Source: an uncultured delta proteobacterium
Lineage (GTDB): Bacteria > Myxococcota_A > Polyangia > Polyangiales > Polyangiaceae
DNA length: 64,000 nucleotides
Direction of reading: 5' to 3'
Assembly (NCBI GenBank): GCA_963797395.1
Contig: CAWCPA010000008.1
Coordinates: 731,484 to 795,483, forward strand
Below, in pieces: positions 56,280-64,000 of this stretch (the first letter of the stretch is position 1; the number at the start of each line of letters is the position of its first letter). Position numbers and translations under genes: made by a program. The notes under the pieces are model-generated. The model had not been told where the DNA came from and searched no databases. It saw nothing but the letters and a program-made list of their open reading frames with translations.

Positions 56280-57868
56280 TCAGTGGAACGTGATGTCGTC
56301 GAAGAACGTGTACGAGGGGGTGCTCGGGTTCCCGTTGTCGTGATTGACGAGGGTGAGCGTGCACCTGTCGCCGCCGATGACCGCGAGGTTGAATTCTCCC
56401 CAGGCGCTCATCGTCGCGCAGACGGGGGCCGCCTTGAAGGTCTGCCCCGTATCGTCGTCCATCACGAAGGCTTCGGCCCAGTCGTTCGAGAGAGTATCGG
56501 GACACCTCATCTTGTACTGGACGGTCAGCGACGAGACGCCCGCCGGCGCGACGAACGTCTGCGTCAGCGTGCTGTCGCCCTGCGTGGCCGTGTAATTGCC
56601 CAGCATGGCCCCGTACTGCCCCGAGTGGTGCGCACCGGACGTGACGATCTGCTACGCCCCCGCGGTAGTCCAGTACATCGTGTTCCCCTCCTCGAAGTCG
56701 CCGTTCAACGGCCCCAGGTTCAAGAGGGGAGCGCCGTGGAATCCGAGCGCGTCCGTGACGTTGCCCGTGTAACCGCGGAAGCCGTCGACCAGCTTGCCCA
56801 GGCAGTCCATCTCCGTGCTCCCGGCGTAGTGCCCGGCGTTGACCGGAACCTGCGCGAAGTTGCCGCTCATACCGAAGGGGCGGCAGTCAATCTGCTTGAT
56901 TCCCGTGATCGTCTGGCCACCACCCGGCGCGGCGAACATGCCGACGAGGAAGGTCCCGCCGGGGCACGTCATCGGGACGGCGCTTCGCAGGTGCCTATCA
57001 AGGCGTCCGAACCGGTGCCTATTGACGCCCGGACGAATCACGGTCTGATTTCCCCATGGAGAGCGTAGGACGAGCAAAGGCCCCCGGTCAGGAAAGGCCC
57101 TCCACGTAATCGCGCTTTGTGGATGCTTCGGGTCCCTCGTTCCGCGCACGGCGGAACGGCCGACCAGCGTGGCTCCGTCCCAAGGGGCGCCCGGTGGACC
57201 CACCTTGCCATCGGAGCTCACCGACACGGGCGCTCGCCGTACTCGACCGCCGGGCTGCGCGTACTCAATCCGCCACGGCGGCAACCGCGCGGGATCCACC
57301 GCGGCGGGCCGCGGCGGGCCGTGTCCCGGCGGCACGGACTGCCAGCCGAAGGCGGGGAGGGCGCTCGGCGTAGCGGCGTCGGATCGACGAGGACCCCGTA
57401 GACCGGCGGCGTCAGACCCGGCGCGGAGGCCGCGAAGCTTCCGAGCCCGAAGCCGCCCGCGGTGACGCGCCCCCGGTAGAGACCCGACTTGTCTGCAATG
57501 TACACCGTGCCGTCGGCGCCGCACGACAGACCATAGGGCAGCACGAGGCCACCCCAGAAAGGCGCTCCCAGCGCCGCCCCATCCGTCGCGAACGCCTGGA
57601 GCACACCCCGCCCCTGCCCCGAGAGGTCGTCGATGAAGCCGACGACGACGACCGTGCGGCCCCTCGTCGCCGCGCGGGGGCACACGGTGATCGAGTACGG
57701 CTCCTCGTGCTCGCCGGGCGCAACGAACTGGGCGTCGTAGCGAAACGTCTGCTGCGCCTCGCCCTGCGGGGTGTACTCCGCGACCCCGAACTTTGGTGTC
57801 TCGTGCCAGGCGAAGCCGCCGTCGTTCGCGACCCAAACGGCGTGATCGTCGGGATCGTACGCGACCAC
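56280..57868 (-). pseudogene. Decayed gene for a secreted beta-propeller/lectin-like protein
   Basis: Three collinear coding segments (57868-57390, about 57010-56655, 56651-56280). They are separated by at least one frameshift and an in-frame TAG at 56652-56654 (..MYWTTAGA-stop-QIVTSGAHHSGQYGAMLG..). No signal peptide. Confidence 0.6.
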
Positions 57869-58025
57869 CCTGGTCGGCCGTTCCGCTCAGAGCGGATGCG
57901 CGTCGAGAACATCCGCAAATGGCGGTTACGTGAAGGGCCTTGCCTGAGGAAGGGCCTTTGGTCGTCCTACGCTCCCGTTGGCGCGCTCATCAGGTCCATC
58001 CCGGAGCGCATGCGAAGGTCGACGC

Positions 58026-58901
58026 CTAAAGGACGGCTCGCCCAGCGCCGGGGTAGTCGGTGCTGAGGGTCATGTCCTTCCCGGCTTCGATCTCAGCCCG
58101 CTGCATGTCGAGCTTCACGCCAATGCGTCGTAGCGCGTCGCTGCCCAGAACGACCCAGTGCCGCGGACGGTCCGAAGCCACAACCTGGTAAATCGCAGCG
58201 GCGGCGCGCACCGGATCCCCGGGGAACATGTCGGGGGTGACCTTCTCGACCATAGCGCGGAAGGCGCCCGATGTTGCGCTGTAGTCGTCGATCGTCTTTC
58301 CCGAGAACTTGGTCCGCTGCTCGATACCGGTGCGGAACGAGCCGGGCTCCACCAGCAGAGCACGAAGCCCGAGCGGCTCGAGCTCCTGCCACAGAGACTC
58401 CGTCAACCCTTCGAGAGCAAACTTGGTCGAGGAGTAGTAGCCGTTGACAGGAACGCTCGCGATGCCGTCCATCGAAGACACGTTGACGATGGTCCCCCGC
58501 TTGCGGCCCCGCATACCAGGCAGGACGAGACGAAGAAGGGCCACCGCACCGAAGAAGTTCACCTCGAACTGCGCGCGGACGTCGCGCTCGTCCTGCTCCT
58601 CGATGGCGCCGAGAAAATCGATCGCCGCATTGTTGACGAGAACGTCGATGCTTCCGAGACGCGCCTCCGTCTGCTGCACTGCCGCGGCGCGCTGTTCGCC
58701 GCTCGTGACGTCGAGTGTAAGGGCGAGCGCCCTCCCCGGATAGCGCTCGGCCAGGTCCGCCATGGTGTCCAACGTCCGAGCCCCCATCGCAACCCGGTCG
58801 CCTTGCTCGAGCACGTACCTGGCAAGGGCGTAACCGAGGCCGCTCGAGGCACCCGTGATGAGCCACGTCCTCGCGTTCCCGTTCTTCTTTTCTTGCGACA
58901 T
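58026..58901 (-). CDS. Short-chain dehydrogenase/reductase
   Basis: Contains TWLITGASSGLG, NNAA and YSSTK. Start is MSQEKK at 58901. Confidence 0.88.
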   Translation of the reverse strand: MSQEKKNGNARTWLITGASSGLGYALARYVLEQGDRVAMGARTLDTMADLAERYPGRALALTLDVTSGEQRAAAVQQTEARLGSIDVLVNNAAIDFLGAIEEQDERDVRAQFEVNFFGAVALLRLVLPGMRGRKRGTIVNVSSMDGIASVPVNGYYSSTKFALEGLTESLWQELEPLGLRALLVEPGSFRTGIEQRTKFSGKTIDDYSATSGAFRAMVEKVTPDMFPGDPVRAAAAIYQVVASDRPRHWVVLGSDALRRIGVKLDMQRAEIEAGKDMTLSTDYPGAGRAVL

Positions 58902-58971
58902 GTTCGACCTTCCTTTGCATTCTTCTTCGTGGGGGTGCTCCCGCAGACTCGTGGCGACGATGCGCGTTCGG

Positions 58972-59850
58972 TTACTCGACGTCGTGAGGCTGCTCGGCCT
59001 TCGCCTCGAAATCCGTGGAGACGCTGAGCGCCTCCCACAATCGGTCGGCCTCGATGCGCGCGCGCGCGGCGTCACCGACGGCACGCACCGCGTCGCTGCC
59101 CAGCAACAGTCGCAGCGGGGGCTCGTCCAGGCCCGCGACATGGATGATCGCCGCGGCCGCCTTCGACGGGTCTCCCGGTTGCGCGCCGTCGTACTCGCGC
59201 TGGAACCGCGCCACCGCTCCCACCGTGGCGGCGTACACCGGGTTGTCCGGAGCGATCGTCGTCGACGATCCAGCGAAGTCCGTGCGGAACCCGCCGGGCT
59301 CGATGATCGTGACCTTGACGCCGAGGGGACCGACCTCCTTCGCGAGGACCTCGGAGAACCCTTCGACGCCCCACTTCGCGGCGGCGTACGCCCCGCGGCC
59401 GACCGGGCCCACGCGTCCTCCGACGGACGAGAACTGGAGAATGTGCCCGCTCCCCTGACGCCTCATGACGGGGATCGCCGCCTTCGTCACATGCACGACA
59501 CCGAAGAGGTTCGTCTCGATCTGGGCGCGGAAGTCCCTCATGCTGGTGTCCTCGATGGACGCCAGGTCGCCGTAACCGGCGTTGTTCGCGAGGACGTCGA
59601 GCCGCCCGAAGACATCCACGGCCGTCTGAACCGCCGTGATCGACGCCTGTTCGTCCGTCACGTCGAGGGCGACGGGGCGCACCCGACCGCCGTGTCGCTC
59701 GACGAGCTCCGCGAGATGCTGCGGGTTGCGTGCCGTTGCAACGAGCCGATGGCCCGCCGCGAGAACCGCCTCGGCAAGCGCGCGCCCCAGCCCGCGAGAG
59801 CTACCCGTGATCGACCAGACCTGCGTGTCCTTCTTGCTGGCGACGGTCAT
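58972..59850 (-). CDS. Short-chain dehydrogenase/reductase (paralog)
   Basis: Contains VWSITGSSRGLG, NNAG and YAAAK. Confidence 0.88.
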   Translation of the reverse strand: MTVASKKDTQVWSITGSSRGLGRALAEAVLAAGHRLVATARNPQHLAELVERHGGRVRPVALDVTDEQASITAVQTAVDVFGRLDVLANNAGYGDLASIEDTSMRDFRAQIETNLFGVVHVTKAAIPVMRRQGSGHILQFSSVGGRVGPVGRGAYAAAKWGVEGFSEVLAKEVGPLGVKVTIIEPGGFRTDFAGSSTTIAPDNPVYAATVGAVARFQREYDGAQPGDPSKAAAAIIHVAGLDEPPLRLLLGSDAVRAVGDAARARIEADRLWEALSVSTDFEAKAEQPHDVE

Positions 59851-59877
59851 GACTTCATCCTTCCCTCTCGTGTCGGT

Positions 59878-60315
59878 TCACTTGGCGATGGTGCAGCGAG
59901 TTCTCATGTGTCGCTTGGTGATGCGCCACCCGGTCGCGAACCTGCTGAATTCGAGGTCGTAACGCCCTCCCACCGTGCGCGTCGGCGGCGCGGCTCCGTC
60001 GCTGGCGGGCGGCGAGTGCAGCTGGGCCACGACGTCCACCTTTCCGTGCGCTCGCTCGCCATCGACGACAATCACGAAGTTGCACAGGCGGTGGTGGGTC
60101 CAGTCGAACCCCGCCACCGACTCGACGGCCCGGCGTGCGTAGGCCTCCCCGGGCATGGCACGCCAGACTTCGTTCGGGGAAGGTTCCGGGTCGAGGCAGA
60201 CGACTTCGTCGGCGAGGCAGTCGCGGTAGGCGTCCGCGTCTCAATCGTCCACCGCCTGAGCCAACCGTGCGAGCAGGCGCATGATCTCCAGTTCGTCGTC
60301 GGCGCGCGTGGGCAT
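59878..60315 (-). pseudogene. SnoaL/NTF2-like protein with an in-frame TGA
   Basis: Reads MPTRADDELEIMRLLARLAQAVDD-TGA(60241-60243)-DADAYRDCLADEVV...WTHHRLCNF... Confidence 0.65.
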
Positions 60316-60395
60316 GAGTGCCTCCGTCCTTTCGAACAAGCAGTGTTGGTCGCGGGCGAGGCGTTACGCGAAAATCGATGGCGCCAGGCAGCCGC

Positions 60396-60911
60396 TCATG
60401 GCGGCGGCTCTTCCCCCATGCACCGCTGCAAGTGCGCGAGCGCTCGATGCCGAATGACGCGCACGTTGCCCGCCGACAGGCTCATCGACCGACCGACGTC
60501 GTCGGCGTCGCGTTCGTCGACGAACGTCGCGAGGAGGACGGCACGCGCACGCGCCTCGAGCCCCTGCAGGCACTGGTCCAGACGGGAGCAGTCCGCGAGC
60601 TCCCACCGCGGCTCGTAGCTGTCGGGGAGCGACGTCGCGGCGGCTGCGGCGATGCGCCGCTGGCGCGCGCTACCCCGCCGCATGTCCATCACCGCATTGC
60701 GGCACGTCCCGAAAACGTACTTGTCGAGGTTGTCGACGTCCTTCACGCGCCCGTCGCGGAGCGCCTGCAGGACGATGAGCAACACCTGCTGGACGAGATC
60801 CTCCGCCGCAGCGGTGTCGCGCAGGTGGCAGAGGCCATAGGCGCGGATCCGGTTCGAGTACCGCTGGCAGAATGAGCGCTCCTGATCGGCTTCGACGGTT
60901 GTCGCATTCAC
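60396..60911 (-). CDS. ECF-type RNA polymerase sigma factor
   Basis: Region 2 (AAAEDLVQQVLLIVLQAL) and region 4 (DADDVGRSMSLSAGNVRVIRHRALAHL). Confidence 0.85.
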   Translation of the reverse strand: MNATTVEADQERSFCQRYSNRIRAYGLCHLRDTAAAEDLVQQVLLIVLQALRDGRVKDVDNLDKYVFGTCRNAVMDMRRGSARQRRIAAAAATSLPDSYEPRWELADCSRLDQCLQGLEARARAVLLATFVDERDADDVGRSMSLSAGNVRVIRHRALAHLQRCMGEEPPP

Positions 60912-61142
60912 GAAGGCCTCCTTGCGATGCGAACTATGCGGAGCGCGCGCAGCGCTAGCACGAGAAGTGCGGTGAAAAGTGGTGAACCTCGCCGGATCGA
61001 GCGATTCGCCGAGAATTCTTCCCCGAGATGCGTGCGCGAACGATGCGCTTCACGACTCTTCACAGGTCTTAACGCGACCGTTCGCCGCGATCGGACAAGC
61101 TCTGGGCATCACAAGCACCGTGGAATAGGAGGAGGATGCGCC

Positions 61143-61505
61143 ATGCCTCTCACGGATCCCGACGGCCCGGGCCTCCCGGAGCCCATCGCGGCCTTCGTCA
61201 GCGCCGTGAACGCTCGCGATGTCGCTGCAGTCGTCGATAGCTTCGCCGCCCGTGCGCTGGTCAACGACGAGCTGCGGGAGCACTGGGGCCGGCAAGCCAT
61301 CACCGAGTGGGCCAGCCGACAGATCGTCGGCCTGGGGCTCTCGATCGACGTCCGTCGCGTCGCTCACAACGGTGACCACACCGTCGTGACCGGGAACGTC
61401 GATGGGAGCTTCGACAAGCGCGGTCTGCCCAATCCGCTGGTCGTCACGTTCTACTTCTCCTCGAGTGGCGGTAAGATCGTCCAATTGCTGATCCTCCGGA
61501 AATGA
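61143..61505 (+). CDS. NTF2/SnoaL-like small protein
   Basis: AGGAGGAGGA lies upstream of the ATG. Contains IAAFVSAVNARDVAAVVDSFAARALVNDE. Confidence 0.65.
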   Translation: MPLTDPDGPGLPEPIAAFVSAVNARDVAAVVDSFAARALVNDELREHWGRQAITEWASRQIVGLGLSIDVRRVAHNGDHTVVTGNVDGSFDKRGLPNPLVVTFYFSSSGGKIVQLLILRK

Positions 61506-64000
61506 GCCGGCGCTCTCGTCGACGCCGTAGAGCTCCTAGAGCTCGGAGAGAAGATGCCGCGCTTCGACGAGAATCGGCCGTCGCGAAGCCCTGCGAGAAG
61601 CGCCGGTAGGTGGTCTCGAGGAGGGGGCGCGCTTCATCGCCTCGACCGCGGCGTGCCCGCAGGCGAGCTGCCGTCATCGCCACGCGCAGCTCCCAGCCGA
61701 GCGCGCTCTGCCGACGCGCGTGCTCGAGCGCAAGGGCGAGGCTGCGTTCCGCGCCTTCGTCGTCGGGATCAGGCTTCACCGCGAGGAGATGCCCCTTGGT
61801 TCGGAGCATCTCCGCCACGTCGAAGGACTGGCCACGGCTTCGGGTCGTCTCCGCCATGGCGGCGTCAATCGCGGTCAGCGCGTCGTCGAACCTCCCGATG
61901 CTCGCCAGACCCTCCGCCAATGCAGTGAAGAACGTGCTCTGGAGAAGCAAGTGCCGTCCCCCCTCGAGTGTTTCGATGGCGCGCCTCAAGAGTGGAATGC
62001 CCGCCGCGTCGCCGCGCTTGACCAGAACCTCCCCCTTCTGGCCGAGCGCGACGGCATGGTACGGGCCGAGCGAGTGCTTCTCGGCGTGCGCGAGAAGCCG
62101 TTCGACCCCGCGCTCGGCCGCGTCCAGGTCACCGCTCCAGAGGTACACCGAGAACGTGTAGATGAGGGAGATCGCGACCGTCGTCGGCTGTCCGACGTGG
62201 GCCGCATCACGAAGCGTATCCGCGGCGACGCGGAGCGCATCGTCGGCTCGCCCCAGGAGCCAGAGCGCGCGTCCGTGCACGACGAGCGTCCGGATGCGAT
62301 GGTCGAACCCGAAGTACAGCATCGCCGTGCTCCGCGACACCGGCGGCGGACTCAGCGCGCTGCGCGACCGGAGCTCCGCGTCGACCTGATCTCCCAAGAG
62401 GTGCTCGCTCGTCGCGACCATCCACTCCGCGAGCAGATGAGCTGCTGGATCGTGCGGCACCTTCGTCGCAATGGCCTCGGCGCGCCGGCCCGCCACGAGG
62501 GACTCTTCGAACTCGCCGGTTCGGGTCAGCAGGATGTGGAGCGCGCCGAGCAGCCGAAGTTGCGCATGCGGCTCGTTCACCGCGTCAGCGAGCGCGATTG
62601 CCCGGTCGAGCCCCTCTCGAACGTCGGGGCCATTGCCACGCGTGAACATCGCGGTGATCGCGAGCGCCCCCTGCAGGTTCAGTTCGCATCGCGCGTCTCG
62701 TTCCGCAGGACGGAGCTCCGACATCGCGAGCTCCACCCACCTGTGGCACTCGCGAAGAAGCGACAGCTCCAAGAACATCGGGACCGACGCGGCCACCAAG
62801 TGCGCGCCGAGCTTCCTGTCCCCCGCGGGCGAGAACGCCCACTCGAGCGCCCCTCGAACGCTGCCGACTTGATCCGAGAGAGAGCGCTCCCGCGAGCGGC
62901 TCCTCGCTCGCCCCTCTTGCTCGAGCAGCTCGCAGAGGTAGAGCGCCACGCGCGACGCGATGACCGGCCGCTCGCCGGACTCGTCCAGCTTCGCTTGCGC
63001 GTACGCGCGCGTCGTATCAAGGAGCCGGTACACGGCTCCGCTTCCGCCCACGTCCACGGACGCGACGAGGGACTTGTCGACGAGACTCCCGAGCGCTTCG
63101 ACAGCCTCGTCGGCATCGACGTCGTTCGCGACCGCAGCGACGGCGTCGAGCGAAAAGACGCCGACGAAGAGCGAGAGTCTTCGCAAGAGGCTCCGTTCGA
63201 GCTCGTTGAGGAGGTTGTAGCTCCAGTCGAGCAGACCGGTGAGCGTCTGGTGCCGCGGGAGCGCGGTTCGACGACCGTGCCACAGAAGTTTGAATCGGTT
63301 CTCGAGCAACGACGCCGTCCCATGGATCCCGTGCGCTTCGACGCGGCTCGCCGCAAACTCAATCGCTAGCGCGATCCCGTCGAGACGGCGGCAGATGTCC
63401 GCGACGACGGGAGCATCGACGTCGGACAGGGAGAGATGGGCCCCACTGGCCGCAGCTCGCTCGACGAAGAGCTGAACCGCCGCGAAGCCCATCGCGTCGC
63501 TCGCGGAGAGGTTCTCGCCCTCGGGCGGCGTCTCGAGTGGACGCATCCGGTAGACATGCTCGCCTTCGACTCGGAGCAGCTCCCGACTCGTCGCGAGGAT
63601 GTGCACGCGGGCGGCGTCGCGGATGACTCGCTCGACGAGCGGAGCGATGGCCTCCAGCACGTGCTCGCAGCCATCGATCACGATGAGCGCCCGGCGGTCG
63701 AGTAGGAAGGCCGCAAGGCTATCTGCAACCTGCTCGTTCGTCGGGACCAGCCCAAGTGTGGAAGCCAGGCTGGCCGGCACCTGGCTCGCGTCCGTGACCG
63801 AGCCGAGATCCACGAAGACGACATCGGACGAGAAGTCCGTAACCAGCGCGTGTGCCACCGCGACGGCTACCGTCGTCTTCCCAATTCCGCCGGGGCCGAC
63901 GAGGCTGACGAAGCGCGTGTGTAGGAGCTGCGCAGACACGTCCCGGACGGCTTCGTCGCGGCCAATCATCCGGTCGAGACGCCGCGGCAACTTCGATGCG
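61444..64000 (-). CDS. STAND-type P-loop NTPase with TPR repeats (AfsR/MalT-like regulator); the N-terminus lies outside the window
   Basis: Contains ..LPRRLDRMIGRDEAV..LVGPGGIGKTTVAVAVA.. The frame is still open at 64000. Long helical-repeat C-terminus. Confidence 0.8.
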   Translation of the reverse strand, partial: ASKLPRRLDRMIGRDEAVRDVSAQLLHTRFVSLVGPGGIGKTTVAVAVAHALVTDFSSDVVFVDLGSVTDASQVPASLASTLGLVPTNEQVADSLAAFLLDRRALIVIDGCEHVLEAIAPLVERVIRDAARVHILATSRELLRVEGEHVYRMRPLETPPEGENLSASDAMGFAAVQLFVERAAASGAHLSLSDVDAPVVADICRRLDGIALAIEFAASRVEAHGIHGTASLLENRFKLLWHGRRTALPRHQTLTGLLDWSYNLLNELERSLLRRLSLFVGVFSLDAVAAVANDVDADEAVEALGSLVDKSLVASVDVGGSGAVYRLLDTTRAYAQAKLDESGERPVIASRVALYLCELLEQEGRARSRSRERSLSDQVGSVRGALEWAFSPAGDRKLGAHLVAASVPMFLELSLLRECHRWVELAMSELRPAERDARCELNLQGALAITAMFTRGNGPDVREGLDRAIALADAVNEPHAQLRLLGALHILLTRTGEFEESLVAGRRAEAIATKVPHDPAAHLLAEWMVATSEHLLGDQVDAELRSRSALSPPPVSRSTAMLYFGFDHRIRTLVVHGRALWLLGRADDALRVAADTLRDAAHVGQPTTVAISLIYTFSVYLWSGDLDAAERGVERLLAHAEKHSLGPYHAVALGQKGEVLVKRGDAAGIPLLRRAIETLEGGRHLLLQSTFFTALAEGLASIGRFDDALTAIDAAMAETTRSRGQSFDVAEMLRTKGHLLAVKPDPDDEGAERSLALALEHARRQSALGWELRVAMTAARLRARRGRGDEARPLLETTYRRFSQGFATADSRRSAASSLRALGALRRRRERRLISGGSAIGRSYRHSRRSRT

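Noticed and set aside
26426-60243. The in-frame TGA codons (26426, 60241) as selenocysteine or programmed read-through sites.
   Set aside because: Family context predicts Trp or Arg, not Cys/Sec, at these positions. I saw no SECIS-like hairpin immediately downstream. The neighbouring genes carry TAG stops and frameshifts too, so pseudogenisation is the simpler reading.
61444-61505. The 62-bp convergent overlap between the STAND regulator tail and the NTF2-like gene as a regulatory antisense arrangement.
   Set aside because: The last roughly 40 residues of the STAND ORF are Arg/Ser-rich and look like run-on translation after a lost or late stop. There is not enough evidence for a functional overlap.

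Overview
This is a high-GC (about 68-70%) chromosomal window whose gene content and style look myxobacterial; that taxonomic guess is an inference. Positions 1-24300 are ordinary core genome: sdhAB, an outer-membrane protein plus OmpA-like lipoprotein pair, nadE, an HTTM-domain module, two SGNH hydrolase paralogs, a vWA protein, gltX, htrA, slyD, ndh, a HAD hydrolase and a flavoprotein disulfide reductase. A tRNA-Arg(UCU) at 24301-24374 is followed directly by a tyrosine integrase. From there to at least the window end lies an accessory island: two excisionase-like HTH genes, a TrbN-like gene, and copies or fragments of IS3, IS4/Tn5-like, IS21, IS66 and IS701-like elements, several nested inside one another. 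The island cargo includes a Ser/Thr-kinase-STAND-TPR protein, AraC and TetR paralogs and relics, an SDR/aldolase operon, immunity-like orphan genes, a fibrinogen-domain lipoprotein, and an ECF sigma/SnoaL/SDR operon. Many island genes carry in-frame stops or frameshifts. I see no CRISPR array, rRNA or clear toxin gene. Most long ORFs antisense to the called genes are high-GC artefacts. No single complete undescribed system can be proven from sequence alone. The most notable observations are: an integrase ORF with no stop codon that reads through the tRNA; a 15-bp AT-rich inverted repeat bracketing nadE; an array of nine 23-bp repeats at an IS21 end; a 101-bp perfect-arm palindromic element; and the kinase-STAND gene in the island.
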